From an uncultured Candidatus Rokubacteria bacterium (lineage in GTDB: Bacteria > Methylomirabilota > Methylomirabilia > Rokubacteriales > CSP1-6), in NCBI GenBank assembly GCA_963754315.1, contig CAVWFS010000008.1, forward strand, positions 480,001 to 544,000: DNA of 64,000 nucleotides, read 5' to 3'. Positions 1 through 10,454 of the stretch are shown piece after piece. A program made the position numbers and the translations under genes. Positions within the stretch are counted from its first letter, which is position 1. Each line of letters starts with the position of its first letter. Under the pieces are notes generated by a model that saw only the letters and a program-made list of their open reading frames with translations, searched no databases and was not told where the DNA came from.

Positions 1-2
1 GG

Positions 3-203
3 CGCGGCTTGCGGCCCTGCTCCCCGGACGGGTTACCGTACCTCGGGCGGCCCGCGCGCCACGAGAACCTCATCGTGGCCACCGGGCACGCCATGATCGG
101 CGTCTCGCTCGGCCCGGTGACGGGGGCGCTCGTCGCGCAGCTGGCGGCGGGCGAGGTGCCCATGCTCGATCTCGGGCCTCTGCGCCCGGAGCGATTCTCG
201 TGA
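3..203 (+). CDS. FAD-dependent oxidoreductase, D-amino acid dehydrogenase (DadA/DAO) family, C-terminal part (5' partial)
   Basis: GLRPCSPDGLPYLG and ATGHAMIGVSLGPVTG match the DadA/DAO C-terminal motifs; frame is open to the window edge. Confidence 0.85.
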   Translation, partial: RGLRPCSPDGLPYLGRPARHENLIVATGHAMIGVSLGPVTGALVAQLAAGEVPMLDLGPLRPERFS

Positions 204-219
204 GAAGGGGGTAGGAACC

Positions 220-1830
220 ATGGCGGCTCGCAGCGGACAGGAATACATCGATTCCCTGAGGAAGCGGGGCCCGCGTGTGTACCTGGGCGGCCGGCGCGTG
301 GCCGACGTGACCGCCGAGCCACTCTTCCAGGAGCCCATCCGCGCCATAGCCGAGCAGTACGACATGCAGCTCGATCCGGCCTATCAGGCCATCATGACGT
401 ATCCCTCACCCACCACGGGTGACGCAGTTTCCACGTCGTTTCTCGTTCCCTACACGCGCGACGAGCTCGTGAAGAAGCGTCAGCACTTCAAGCTGCGGGC
501 AGATCACAACTTCGGCTTCATGGGCCGCGGGCCTGACTTCATGAACCAGTTCGTCACCGGATGGCACCTCATGGCCGATCGGTTCGCCCGCGCGGGGGCA
601 CGCTTCGGAGACAATGCGACCCGCTACTACGAGCACGTGCGCGAGCACGATCTTTTCCTGACCCACATGCTGATCAACCCCCAGATCGACCGGTCCAAGA
701 CCTCCGCCCAGCAGGAGGATCCATTTCTGCACCTGGGCCGGGTGGGGCAGACGGGTGACGGCATCATCGTGCGGGGGGCGAAGATGCTGGGCACCATGGC
801 GCCGCTCACGGAAGAGGTCGCGGTGATTCCGTTCGGCGGCGTTCCCGCCGGGGACGACGCCTACGCGCTGGTCTTCGCTATTCCCACCAACACGCCTGGT
901 CTCACGTTCATCTGTCGGGAGACGGTAGCCCCCCTTCCCCGATCGCGCTTTGACCATCCGCTCAGCTCGCGCTTCGAGGAGATGGACTGCATCGCCGTTT
1001 TCGAGGACGTGCTCGTCCCCTGGGAGCGGGTTATGGTGGATGGCAGCGCGGGCAGCGGCGAGATCATCAATACCTTGGGGGCCGACTTCAACGCGCTCCT
1101 CAATGTGCAGACATCGGCCCGGATGCTGAGCCAACTCGAGTTCTTCTGCGGGCTGGCCATGAAAGTGGCGGACGCGATCGGGATCACTGGCTTCCTGCAC
1201 GTCCAGGAAAAACTGGGGGAAATGCTGAGTCACATGGAGGTGGCGCGGGCGGTCTTCTACGGGTCCGAGGCGATGGCTCAGCAGATGCCCAACGGCGTCT
1301 GGGTGCCGGGCGGGCATGGCCTGCGCGCGTTCCACCTCCAGACCGGGCGGATCTACAGCCGATTCGTGGAGATCGTGCAGACCTTGGCCGCCGGCGGCTT
1401 TTTCTACGCGCCGACCGAGGCCGACATGGCCAGCGCGGAGGTGCGTCCGCTCATCGATCGTTACGTGCGCGGGCGCGAGGGCATCCCCGCCGAGGAGCGC
1501 ATCGCGCTCTTCAAATTGGCGTGGGACGTCACGGGAGAGACGTTCGCCCAGCGCATGGCCCAGTACGTGCGCTTCTACTCCGGCGACCCTATTCGACTCA
1601 CCGCCGGGTTCTTCACGCAGTACGACAAGGCCCCGCTCTTCGACATCGTGGAGCGGGCGCTCGGCCGTCAGCCTGGCACGCCCCTGCCGATCTCACCCGC
1701 GAATCCGGGCGCGCCCATTCCCTACCGACCGGACACACGGGGTATGGCCGGGACCTACGCATCGACCTCGTTGCCGGTCCACCGTCCGGATCGGGTTGAA
1801 GGTGCCAGCCGATCTCATCGACCGGAGTGA
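220..1830 (+). CDS. 4-hydroxyphenylacetate 3-hydroxylase (HpaB) family flavin-dependent monooxygenase, oxygenase component
   Basis: RSGQEYIDSLR N-terminus, MGRGPDFMN, INPQIDRSK, GIIVRGAKML, DHPLSSRFEEMD, ERIALFKLAWD; GGGGG/AGGA RBS upstream. Confidence 0.9.
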   Translation: MAARSGQEYIDSLRKRGPRVYLGGRRVADVTAEPLFQEPIRAIAEQYDMQLDPAYQAIMTYPSPTTGDAVSTSFLVPYTRDELVKKRQHFKLRADHNFGFMGRGPDFMNQFVTGWHLMADRFARAGARFGDNATRYYEHVREHDLFLTHMLINPQIDRSKTSAQQEDPFLHLGRVGQTGDGIIVRGAKMLGTMAPLTEEVAVIPFGGVPAGDDAYALVFAIPTNTPGLTFICRETVAPLPRSRFDHPLSSRFEEMDCIAVFEDVLVPWERVMVDGSAGSGEIINTLGADFNALLNVQTSARMLSQLEFFCGLAMKVADAIGITGFLHVQEKLGEMLSHMEVARAVFYGSEAMAQQMPNGVWVPGGHGLRAFHLQTGRIYSRFVEIVQTLAAGGFFYAPTEADMASAEVRPLIDRYVRGREGIPAEERIALFKLAWDVTGETFAQRMAQYVRFYSGDPIRLTAGFFTQYDKAPLFDIVERALGRQPGTPLPISPANPGAPIPYRPDTRGMAGTYASTSLPVHRPDRVEGASRSHRPE

Positions 1831-1833
1831 GCC

Positions 1834-2919
1834 ATGGACCGAGTGCGTCTCGCCATCGTCGGGTGCGGCAACATCTGCCAGCTCAACGCGCCCGGGTACC
1901 TCGAGCACCCGCGCTGTGACGTCGTCGCCCTGTGTGATACTGACCGAAGGCGTGCCGAGCAGCGAGCCCGCCAGTGGGCCATCACGCCCCGGATCTACAC
2001 GGACTACGCGCAGCTCCTCGACGACCGCACCGTGGACGCCGTCGAGCTGTTGACCCCCACCTATCTGCATGCCGAGCAGGTCGTGGGGGCCCTCGCCGCC
2101 GGCAAGCACGTCTCCTGTCAGAAACCGATCGCGGTGAACGTGGCCGAGGCCGATCGAATCGTGGCGGCCGCGGCCCGAGCGCGCACGACGTTTCGGGTGA
2201 CCGAGAATTTTCTCTACTACCCGCCGATCGTGAAGGCGAAGGAACTGCTCGACGCGGGGGCCATCGGCGAGCCCTCACTCGTGCGCATCCATACCACCCG
2301 CGTGCGCGACATCGTCGGGCAGACCATGGCCCTGGACCCGGAAGCCCTGGTCTGGCGACGCGATCCTGGCCGGAACCCCGGCGGCGCGCTCTACGACGAC
2401 GGAGTCCACAAGTACGCGACCGCCATGTACTGGATCGGCGACATCGGCGCGATCTCGGCCATCGTCAGCCGCGGTTCGGACTTCCTGCAGGAGGCTCCGA
2501 GCGTGGCCACCTGGCGATTCAAGGACCGCGAGTGCCTGGGCATCATCGACTACACTTACGCCCCGGACATGACGATCCGAAGCCGCTACTACCGCGCCGA
2601 CGAGTTCTTCGAGATCCACGGCTCACGCGGGATCCTGTGGGTCACGCGGTGTACCGGCGAGATGCTCGATCTGCCGCCGGTCGTGCTCATCAAGGGCACC
2701 GAGACCACGAGCTATCAGGTGCCCACGGACTGGCGCACGGGCTTCGACGGGGCGGCCTGCGACTTCGTCGACGGGCTGCTCGAGGGCCGCCAGCCGGCAC
2801 AGGACGCGGCCACCGCCAAGAAGGTCCTGCAGGTGCCGCTCGCCATCTATGAGGCCAGCCGCCGCCAGCGCCCGGTGGCGCCGGAGATGATAGGATCCGA
2901 GGCCGGGGGACAGCCATGA
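1834..2919 (+). CDS. Gfo/Idh/MocA family NAD(P)-dependent oxidoreductase
   Basis: AIVGCGNI Rossmann motif, LTPTYLH, GKHVSCQKP, GGALYDDGVH. Confidence 0.9.
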   Translation: MDRVRLAIVGCGNICQLNAPGYLEHPRCDVVALCDTDRRRAEQRARQWAITPRIYTDYAQLLDDRTVDAVELLTPTYLHAEQVVGALAAGKHVSCQKPIAVNVAEADRIVAAAARARTTFRVTENFLYYPPIVKAKELLDAGAIGEPSLVRIHTTRVRDIVGQTMALDPEALVWRRDPGRNPGGALYDDGVHKYATAMYWIGDIGAISAIVSRGSDFLQEAPSVATWRFKDRECLGIIDYTYAPDMTIRSRYYRADEFFEIHGSRGILWVTRCTGEMLDLPPVVLIKGTETTSYQVPTDWRTGFDGAACDFVDGLLEGRQPAQDAATAKKVLQVPLAIYEASRRQRPVAPEMIGSEAGGQP

Positions 2920-4133
2920 CAGGGAACGGCACGTCGAAGAACATGCGGCTTCTTGGGCACCACGATCTGAGCGGGTTCGGCAACTGCGGGGAAGGCATGG
3001 CCATCCAGATGGCCCGTGATGGCCGGCGGGTGTTGTGGCTCGGCCACGAGTCGGCGCCCAAGAACTTCACGGCCGTCGACGTGAGCGATCCGCGGAAGCC
3101 TTCGGTCATCGTCCAGACAGATCTGCCCCACGGGGATATGCGCTCCAACAACCTGGATCTCGTGGGCGATCTGCTGGTGGTCCCGTACCAGACGGCCCGG
3201 ACTGGCATGAAGCCAGCCGGGGTCGAGTTCTTCGACGTGGCCGATCCGAGTCGGCCGCGCTCCATCGCGTTTTTCGACGCCTCGGGACCCCACTCACGCG
3301 GCGTGCACCATCTGTGGTTCGTCGATGGCGCCTACCTCCACCTGGCGAGCGGGGCGCCGGACTTCAAGCCACGCAACCCGAAGGACGATCAGTTCTATCG
3401 CATCATCGACGTCCGACAGCCCACGCGCCCGGTCGAGGTCGGTCGCTGGTGGCTGCCGGGGACACGCGATGGCGACCCCGAGCCCCCGCCGGCTCGTCAT
3501 CCGAAAATCGATGCCGGATTTCGGGCCCATAACACGAATGTCTATCCGCGGCGGCCCGACCGGGCCTGGATCGGGTACATCGACGGCGGGGCGATCATCC
3601 TCGATATCTCGGACATGGCCCGGCCTCGCCTGCTGAGCCGCTGGGACTATCATCCGCCCTACCCCGGCTTCACTCACACCTTGCTGCCGCTCTTCGACTC
3701 TCAGCTCATGATCGTCTCCGACGAGGCCACCGCGGACGGCGGGAAGGACTGGCCCAAGCTCGTGTGGGTCGTCGACGTGCGTGACGAGACCAATCCGGTT
3801 CCGATTGCCACCTTTCCCTTGCCACCCGTGGGCGAGTTCGCCGGACGGGGAGGGCGCTACGGCGCCCACAACCTGCACGAGAATCGGCCGGTGGCGTCCA
3901 ACCTCGTGTCGGAGACCCTCATCTTCGGGACCTTCTTCAACGGGGGTGTGCGTGTCCACGACGTGTCCGACCCCTTCCGGCCGGAGGAGGTTGCCTACTA
4001 CGTCCCGGACGCGCCGCGCGGGTCGCGGGCGGGGGCGGTGCAGATCAACGACGTGCTCGTGGATGAACGACGGATCGTGTACGCCGTCGATCGGCTCATC
4101 GGGGGCCTGTACCTGCTCGAGCTCGACGTCTGA
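2916..4133 (+). CDS. LVIVD-repeat beta-propeller protein
   Basis: Repeated VDVSDPRKP / FDVADPSRP / IDVRQPTRP / LDISDMARP / HDVSDPFRP motifs; ATGA overlap with the upstream gene. Confidence 0.8.
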   Translation: MTGNGTSKNMRLLGHHDLSGFGNCGEGMAIQMARDGRRVLWLGHESAPKNFTAVDVSDPRKPSVIVQTDLPHGDMRSNNLDLVGDLLVVPYQTARTGMKPAGVEFFDVADPSRPRSIAFFDASGPHSRGVHHLWFVDGAYLHLASGAPDFKPRNPKDDQFYRIIDVRQPTRPVEVGRWWLPGTRDGDPEPPPARHPKIDAGFRAHNTNVYPRRPDRAWIGYIDGGAIILDISDMARPRLLSRWDYHPPYPGFTHTLLPLFDSQLMIVSDEATADGGKDWPKLVWVVDVRDETNPVPIATFPLPPVGEFAGRGGRYGAHNLHENRPVASNLVSETLIFGTFFNGGVRVHDVSDPFRPEEVAYYVPDAPRGSRAGAVQINDVLVDERRIVYAVDRLIGGLYLLELDV

Positions 4134-4157
4134 CCGATCTGGCGCCGCGACGCGTTG

Positions 4158-5144
4158 TCAGTCGGCGCCGACGTCGACGACGATGTTGCCGGCGATCTTT
4201 CCGCTCTCCTGCGCCTGATGCGCCTCGACGATCCGGTCGAGCGTGAACCGCGCACCGATCTGGTGGATGAGCCGGCCGGCCTCGACGAGACGCCCGATGT
4301 CTCGGGCCGCCTCCTCCTTGGCGCGAGCGGGCATGGTGTAGATCAGCACCGGCCGGATCGTCGCGTTCTTGGCCATCAACGCGTAGAAGGGCAGCTTGGG
4401 CTCGGGGTCACCCATGGAGGCGTAGGTCGCGATGGTGCCGTTGACCTTCAGCACCTTGACGCTCACCGGCAGGTTCGAGCCGAAGTCGACCTCGACGATC
4501 CGATCGACCCCCGCCCCGCCCGTGAGCTCGAGAATCAGGGCCGCTGCGTCCTCGGTCCGGTAGTTCACCAGGTGATCAGCGCCCGCTTCGGCGGCCAAGA
4601 CCGCTTTTTCCTTCGAGCTGACGGTGGCGATGACCTTCGCTCCACCCCATTTTGCGAGCTGCACGGCGTAGTGGCCGACAGCGCCTGCTCCGCCCGTCAC
4701 GAGGACCGTCTGTCCCTCCAGCCCTCCGTCGGCGAAGAGACAGCGATGCGCGGTGACGGCGGGGATGCCCAGGCACGCGCCCTCCGAGAAACTTGTGTTC
4801 GACGGCAAGGTCACGGCGAGGGAGGCGGGAACGACCGTGTGCTCGGCGGCCGTCCCCCACGGGCGCTGCCACTGAACGATGAACATCCACACCCGTTCGC
4901 CCACCCGGGAAGCGGGCACCCCGGCTCCCACCTCCTCGATGACGCCGGCGCCGTCCTGGTGGGGCACGACGCGGGGGAAGCCCATTGGGCGCGAGCCGGC
5001 CCGCGACTTCACATCAGTGGGATTGAGGCCGGAGGCGACGACACGCACTCGCACCTCGCCCGGCCCCGGCTCGGGGACGGGAAGTTCCCCGACCTTCAGC
5101 ACGTCTGCCGCCGCACCGTTCTTCTCGTACCAGGCTGCGCGCAT
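4158..5144 (-). CDS. NADPH:quinone reductase, MDR/zeta-crystallin family
   Basis: SGLNPTD, PHQDGAG, VLVTGGAGAVG; ATG at 5144 follows AAGGAGG RBS. Confidence 0.9.
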   Translation of the reverse strand: MRAAWYEKNGAAADVLKVGELPVPEPGPGEVRVRVVASGLNPTDVKSRAGSRPMGFPRVVPHQDGAGVIEEVGAGVPASRVGERVWMFIVQWQRPWGTAAEHTVVPASLAVTLPSNTSFSEGACLGIPAVTAHRCLFADGGLEGQTVLVTGGAGAVGHYAVQLAKWGGAKVIATVSSKEKAVLAAEAGADHLVNYRTEDAAALILELTGGAGVDRIVEVDFGSNLPVSVKVLKVNGTIATYASMGDPEPKLPFYALMAKNATIRPVLIYTMPARAKEEAARDIGRLVEAGRLIHQIGARFTLDRIVEAHQAQESGKIAGNIVVDVGAD

Positions 5145-5167
5145 ACCGCCTCCTTCTTTGTCGAGTC

Positions 5168-6106
5168 TCAGGCGGGCTTGGGTGGCCGGTTGCGGCGAAC
5201 GGCCTCGGGGTTGGTGGAGTCCGGGCCCATGTAAATGCCCTTCTCCCACGAGCGCTTGAGCGGATCGCGTACCGAGAGTCGCATCCGTCCGATCCCATGG
5301 ATCTCGAAGTCCACCACCTCGCCGTCCTGGAGCGGGCCCAAGCCCTCGTGGTTGGTTCCGCAGGCGATGAGGTCGCCCGAGTTCAGGGTCATGATGGTCG
5401 TGGCGAACTCGACGAGCTCGGGCACCAGATGCTCCATGTCGTCCGTGTTGTAGTTATGGCGAAGCTGGCCATCGACCCAGAACTGAACGTGGACGTTGTT
5501 GGGGTCCGGGATCTCGTCGATGGTCGCGATGCACGGGCCGATCGGGGCGAAGGTATCGAACGACTTGCCCAGCCAGCTCCCCGTCTTCCATGTTCTTCGA
5601 CCCTCCCCGCGCGCGGAGACGTCGATCATCCCGGTGTAACCGAATACCGCCTGCCGCCAGTTCTCGCGGGTGACCAGCTTGGCCGGCCCTTTGATGACGA
5701 GTGCCAGCTCCGCTTCGTGCATGAAGATCCAGGGCTCGGTGAATTGCGGCAGCACGATCGTGTCGTCGGGCCCGATGACGGCATCCGGGTTCTTGAGAAA
5801 CATGTTGAGCGGCCGTGCTTCCAGGGCCCCGTGCTCCCAGTAGTTGGCGATGCAGGCCAGAATCTTCCCGGGGCGCGGGAGGGGAGGACGAAGACGGACA
5901 TCGGAGAGCGGCAGGGCCGGTCCCTCCTCGGCCCGACGGGAGAGGGTCGGACGCAAGGCCTCGAAGCCGTCGATGATGCTCTGCATCGTGAGCTGCGGTG
6001 TGGGGCCGGAGGGCACGATGTCGGCGATGCTCACCACCCCACGCCCGGTGAGCAGGCCCGGCACGACTGTGCGGGTGGTGGCGTGGTCAAACAGAACGAG
6101 CTTCAC
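5168..6106 (-). CDS. Fumarylacetoacetate hydrolase family protein
   Basis: KILACIANY, FLKNP, HEAELA, DVSAR, GKSFDTFAPIGP, GDLIACGT; GTG start after GAGGAGG. Confidence 0.9.
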   Translation of the reverse strand: MKLVLFDHATTRTVVPGLLTGRGVVSIADIVPSGPTPQLTMQSIIDGFEALRPTLSRRAEEGPALPLSDVRLRPPLPRPGKILACIANYWEHGALEARPLNMFLKNPDAVIGPDDTIVLPQFTEPWIFMHEAELALVIKGPAKLVTRENWRQAVFGYTGMIDVSARGEGRRTWKTGSWLGKSFDTFAPIGPCIATIDEIPDPNNVHVQFWVDGQLRHNYNTDDMEHLVPELVEFATTIMTLNSGDLIACGTNHEGLGPLQDGEVVDFEIHGIGRMRLSVRDPLKRSWEKGIYMGPDSTNPEAVRRNRPPKPA

Positions 6107-6200
6107 GATGTCCTCCTCGCGCGACCCGCTCGGCAACGGGCGGGAAGCGAGTATGGCACGGCCCCTGCGCGACCCGTACGGGGATCTTCTCGAGTGCGGC

Positions 6201-7295
6201 TCAGCCCGTTCGCAATTTCTCCAGAAGACGGGGGTCGGGATCCACTCCGAGGCCAGGGCCCTGGGGCACCGCGATCCGGCCCTGCTTCGGCTCGATGGCC
6301 TCGCCCCATGGATTCTCCGCGAAATCGCAGTAGAAGCGCTCGACGAGCGACCCGCTGGCCAGCGCCGCGATGCAGTGGATCGAGGCCAGTAGGCCGGGCC
6401 CGAAGTACGCCGAGTGCGGGACGACCTGAACGCCGAAGGCTTCAGCCAGGGTCATCACGCGCCGCATCTCGGTCACGCCCCCGATCTTGGTCACGCTCGG
6501 CTGGGCGTAGGTGATCGCTCCTGCTTCGAAGGCACGGCGAAACTCCCAGACCGTCCCGTAGTTCTCGCCGGCGGCCGTGGGAATCCCCCCGCGGGCGCGC
6601 ACCTCGGCGAGCCCGGCGAGGTTCTCGGGCGGCCACACCGGCTCCTCCAGCCAGTGAAGCTCCAGAGGAGCCAGCCGGCGTGCCATCTCGATCGCCTGGG
6701 GCACCGTCCACGGGCAATTCGTGTCGAGCATGATCGGGATGGCTGTCCCCGCCGTATCTCGCGCGGCCTTCACCTCAGGCACCGTGATCTCATGGAGCTT
6801 GATGTGTCGGTACCCGCGTTCCAGCGCCTGCGCGGTGTAGTGGGTCACGGCGGCCGCGCTGCCGTAGCGGAGCAGACTGGCATAGGCAGGCAACTCCTGG
6901 CGGGTACTACCACCCAGCAAGCCGTAGAGAGGAAGCCCGGCGACCTTGCCCGCGATATCCCAGAGGGCAATATCGATCCCCGAGAGGGCGTACATGGTAG
7001 GACCATTGCGGCCCACGCCATGCAGCACCCGCTGGAGATCCTCGCTCAGCGCCAGAATCTCACGCGGGTCACGGCCGACGCACAGCGGTCCCAGAAGGGT
7101 GTCGAGGGCGGCCCGCGTGGCCGGGAAGATGCGGTGGCCGAACGCTTCACCCCATCCCGTGACCCCGGCGTCGGTGTCGATGCGGACGAGCAGCATGTCG
7201 ATGCTGGTCCTGGCCCGACCTCCGAGCATCGGCGTGGCCCCCTCGATCACCATCGGGAGGTTGAGGACGATGCTCTCCACCCGGGTAATCTTCAT
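6201..7295 (-). CDS. Mandelate racemase/muconate lactonizing enzyme (enolase superfamily)
   Basis: GVTGWGEA, SGIDIALWDIAGK, IKLH, MLDTN, WLEEP, AAGEN. Confidence 0.9.
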   Translation of the reverse strand: MKITRVESIVLNLPMVIEGATPMLGGRARTSIDMLLVRIDTDAGVTGWGEAFGHRIFPATRAALDTLLGPLCVGRDPREILALSEDLQRVLHGVGRNGPTMYALSGIDIALWDIAGKVAGLPLYGLLGGSTRQELPAYASLLRYGSAAAVTHYTAQALERGYRHIKLHEITVPEVKAARDTAGTAIPIMLDTNCPWTVPQAIEMARRLAPLELHWLEEPVWPPENLAGLAEVRARGGIPTAAGENYGTVWEFRRAFEAGAITYAQPSVTKIGGVTEMRRVMTLAEAFGVQVVPHSAYFGPGLLASIHCIAALASGSLVERFYCDFAENPWGEAIEPKQGRIAVPQGPGLGVDPDPRLLEKLRTG

Positions 7296-8374
7296 CGAGG
7301 TCGCGCCTCCGCGTGCTCTCTCACATCACTGACCACCGCCGAGAACGCGGTGATGAACTGCCGCATGTCGTCTCGGGTCCCGACGGTGAGGCGAAAGCTG
7401 CCGTCGATCACCGGTTTGCCGGCCATGTTCCGCACCAGGATCCCCCGCGCCCGCAGGGATTGGACGACCGCCCCACAGTCACCTGGTGGCCACACGAGCA
7501 TGTAGTTACCGCCGTCGGCGAAGTGGCGGACACTCAGGCGCTGCAGTTGCTCGATCGTCCATTGCTTGGCGGCCAACACCTCGGCGACGTACTGACGCAT
7601 GTGGTGGGGGTCGGCCAGGGCAGCCTTGCCGGCCACCACGGCGAGCATGTTGATGTCGTAGGGCCCGGTGACGCGGCGCAGACGTTCGAGGATGGAGCGA
7701 TGCCCGATAGCAAAGCCGAGCCGCAGTCCGGCGATCCCTGCGCTCTTCGAGAGGGACTGCAAGGCGACGACGTTCTCCAGTTCGAGCGCGAGCGGGATCA
7801 CTGATTGTCCGGTAAAGGCGGCGTACAGCTCATCCACGACCACAAGAGTCCGCGGCGCCCCCTGCGCGAGCGCCACGATGGTCGCAGGCGCGATGAGCGT
7901 GCCGGTAGGATTGTTGGGATTGCAGACGAAGAAGAGGCGCGGCTCGGCCGCCAGTCTCTGCCTGACCACCGCGAGCGGATACTGCAGATCGGCCGGGTAA
8001 GGAACCTCGTCCAGGACCATCCCCTGCTGCTGGGCGCACGGTTCGTAGTATCCGAACGTCGGTACGGTGGTCAGGAACGTGGTGCCGCCGTCGCCATAGG
8101 CGTCGAAGATCGCCCGGATCGCGGCATCGACGCCGTTGAAGGCGCCGACCAGTGCGCTGTCCACTCCGATGGTCGCAGCAAACGCCTCGTTGAGTCCCGC
8201 GTATTCCGGATACGCAGCGAACGCCTCGGGTGGGACCTTGCGGATGGCTTCGACCACCTTGGGACTGGGTCCGACGGTGCTTTCGTTGAAGTCCAGGCGC
8301 AGAGATGATCGCCGCCCCTCGAGGGGCGCAACGTATGGCGTGAGCGCTTCGACCTCCGGCCTGGCCCTGATCAT
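7292..8374 (-). CDS. PLP-dependent class I/II aminotransferase, HisC (histidinol-phosphate transaminase)/CobD-like
   Basis: LRLDFNE, CNPNNPTG, VVDELY, SLSKSAGIAGLRLG (PLP lysine), FRLTVGT. Confidence 0.8.
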   Translation of the reverse strand: MIRARPEVEALTPYVAPLEGRRSSLRLDFNESTVGPSPKVVEAIRKVPPEAFAAYPEYAGLNEAFAATIGVDSALVGAFNGVDAAIRAIFDAYGDGGTTFLTTVPTFGYYEPCAQQQGMVLDEVPYPADLQYPLAVVRQRLAAEPRLFFVCNPNNPTGTLIAPATIVALAQGAPRTLVVVDELYAAFTGQSVIPLALELENVVALQSLSKSAGIAGLRLGFAIGHRSILERLRRVTGPYDINMLAVVAGKAALADPHHMRQYVAEVLAAKQWTIEQLQRLSVRHFADGGNYMLVWPPGDCGAVVQSLRARGILVRNMAGKPVIDGSFRLTVGTRDDMRQFITAFSAVVSDVREHAEARPR

Positions 8375-8533
8375 CTGCCCTTCCTGAGAACGATGATCAA
8401 GGTCGCAGCGCTACCGTGTCAAGGTGCCGCGCTGATCTCGATACCCGAGCCAACGGTGATCCTCTTCTGGCTGGATGACATACAATGGCGCGGCCCCGGA
8501 GCTCGGGCAGGCCCGGTGACGGAAAGGAGACCC

Positions 8534-9530
8534 ATGCGGAGCATCGACATCCACGCCCATCTGACTCCCCAATGTTTCTGGCGGGCGACGGAAGACGGCG
8601 GCGACTGGCATACCATCAAACGCGAGAAGGATTCACGGGGGTCGGAAGTCGCCCTCGTCGGCGGCCGCCGGCAGAGCCTGCCTCCTCGCGCCCGGTGGAC
8701 GCCGGAGCAGCGGCTGGCCGACATGGACTCGCTCGGCGTGGACATGCACGTGGTCTCGCCCTACGTGGGGTTCTACAACTATGAGTTGCCGGCTGAGGTC
8801 GCCCGCGCCACCGCCCAGGCCATCAACGACGAGATTGCCGACATGGTGCGCACGCGGCCCCAGCGCTTCGCGGGACTGGGCACACTCCCCATGCAAGACG
8901 TGAAAGCCGCCGTGGCCGAGCTGGAGCGGTGCATGGTCAAGCTTGGGCTCAAGGGCGTCGAGATCAACGATCACATCAACGGCCGCACCTTGGAGGAGCC
9001 AGAGTTTCGGCCCTTCTGGAAAGCGGCCGAGCAGATGAGCGCCCTCGTGTTCTTTCATCAGGCCGGCGAGACCCTGGTGACCTCCCGCAGCGCCCGCTAT
9101 CATTTGCCTAACACCATCGGCAACCTGGTAGATCAGGGCGGTGACCTTCGCCACCCTGGTGTTCGGGGGGGTGATGGACGAATTTCCCGGCCTCAAGATC
9201 TGCCTCGGCCATGGTGGCGGCTACACTTGCTACGGCATCGGACGAATGGATCACGGATGGCAGGTCCGCTCGGAGGCCCGTGTCCACATCACCCAGCCGC
9301 CCAGCTCCTACCTCGGGCGCTTCTATTACGACTGCATCGTCTACACGGAGCCCGCCCTGCGCTATCTGATCGATACCGTGGGCGCTGACCGGGTGGTTTT
9401 CGGGACTGACTGGCCGTACGACATGGCGCTGGACTGGCCCGTCGCCTGGATCCTCGGCATGAAGAGCCTGTCGCAGGAGGAGAAGGACGCGATCCTGTGG
9501 AAGAACCTCGAGCGCCTGCTCAATCTTTGA
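8534..9530 (+). CDS. Amidohydrolase_2 (ACMSD-like decarboxylase/hydrolase); +1 frameshift near 9135
   Basis: IDIHAH metal motif, then CLGHGGG and VFGTDWPY in the second frame; deleting one A in gatcagggcg restores NLVDRAVTFATL; AAGGAG RBS before ATG 8534. Confidence 0.85.
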
Positions 9531-9546
9531 GAACGGAGGAAGAACC

Positions 9547-10440
9547 ATGGCCGTGTCGGTAGGGTTCATTGGTGTCGGGAACATGGGTAACCCGATGGCG
9601 AACAACGTACTGAAGGCTGGCTTTCCCATGGCAGTCTTCGACAAGAGCGCGCCTGCCATGGCCAATCTGGTCCAGGCCGGAGCCCATGGGGCCGCCTCGG
9701 CCCGTGAGGTCGTCGAGCGATCCGAGATCACTCTGACGTGCTTGCCAGCTTCGCCGGACGTGGAGGCTCTCTACCTCGAGCCTGGCGGACTCATCGAGCG
9801 CGCCAAGCCGGGGACCACCCTCGTCGATCTGAGCAGCGTGCTGCCTTCCACCCCCCGCAAGATCGAGCCCCGTGCCAAGGAGCGGGGGATCTCCTTCCTG
9901 GAAGCGCCGGTGAGCGGGGGCGTGAGCGGAGCCCGCGCGGCGACCTTGGCCGTCATGGTGGGCGGCGACCCGGAGGTGCTTGAGCGCGTCCGCCCGGTCC
10001 TACGCGCCATTGGTCCGAACATCTTCAGCGTGGGACCAGTAGGGGCTGGGAACACCGTGAAAGCGATCAACAACATGATGGCCTGCGTCAACTCGCTCGC
10101 CATGATGGAAGGCGTGGTGCTTGGCGTGAAAGCGGGGCTCGACCCGATGATCATCTACGAGGTGGTCAAGGCGAGCAGCGGCGGCAGCAAGGCGCTCGAG
10201 CGCATTCCCACGGCGCTGATCCCGCGCAAGTTCGAGCCGGGCTTCAAGGTCCAGCTGATGAACAAGGACCTCGACACATTCAACACGATCGCCAAGGAGC
10301 TTCACGTGCCGGTCAGCTTCTCCAACGTGGCCCAGCGGTACCAGCAGGCGGCGCTGGCCGCCGGCCTGGGCGACCAGGACACGAGCGTCGTCATGACGAT
10401 CATCGAGCGGTTGGCGGCCCTCGACGGGGTGCCCCGGTAG
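9547..10440 (+). CDS. NAD(P)-dependent beta-hydroxyacid dehydrogenase (3-hydroxyisobutyrate/tartronate semialdehyde reductase family)
   Basis: GFIGVGNMG, EAPVSGG, VKAINN, FEPGF..LMNKDL. Confidence 0.9.
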   Translation: MAVSVGFIGVGNMGNPMANNVLKAGFPMAVFDKSAPAMANLVQAGAHGAASAREVVERSEITLTCLPASPDVEALYLEPGGLIERAKPGTTLVDLSSVLPSTPRKIEPRAKERGISFLEAPVSGGVSGARAATLAVMVGGDPEVLERVRPVLRAIGPNIFSVGPVGAGNTVKAINNMMACVNSLAMMEGVVLGVKAGLDPMIIYEVVKASSGGSKALERIPTALIPRKFEPGFKVQLMNKDLDTFNTIAKELHVPVSFSNVAQRYQQAALAAGLGDQDTSVVMTIIERLAALDGVPR

Positions 10441-10454
10441 AGGAGCCGCGGGCG

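Noticed and set aside
6154..6168. Sigma54-like TGGCACG-N4-CTGC
   Set aside because: It points on the + strand into minus-strand genes, so it is probably a chance match.
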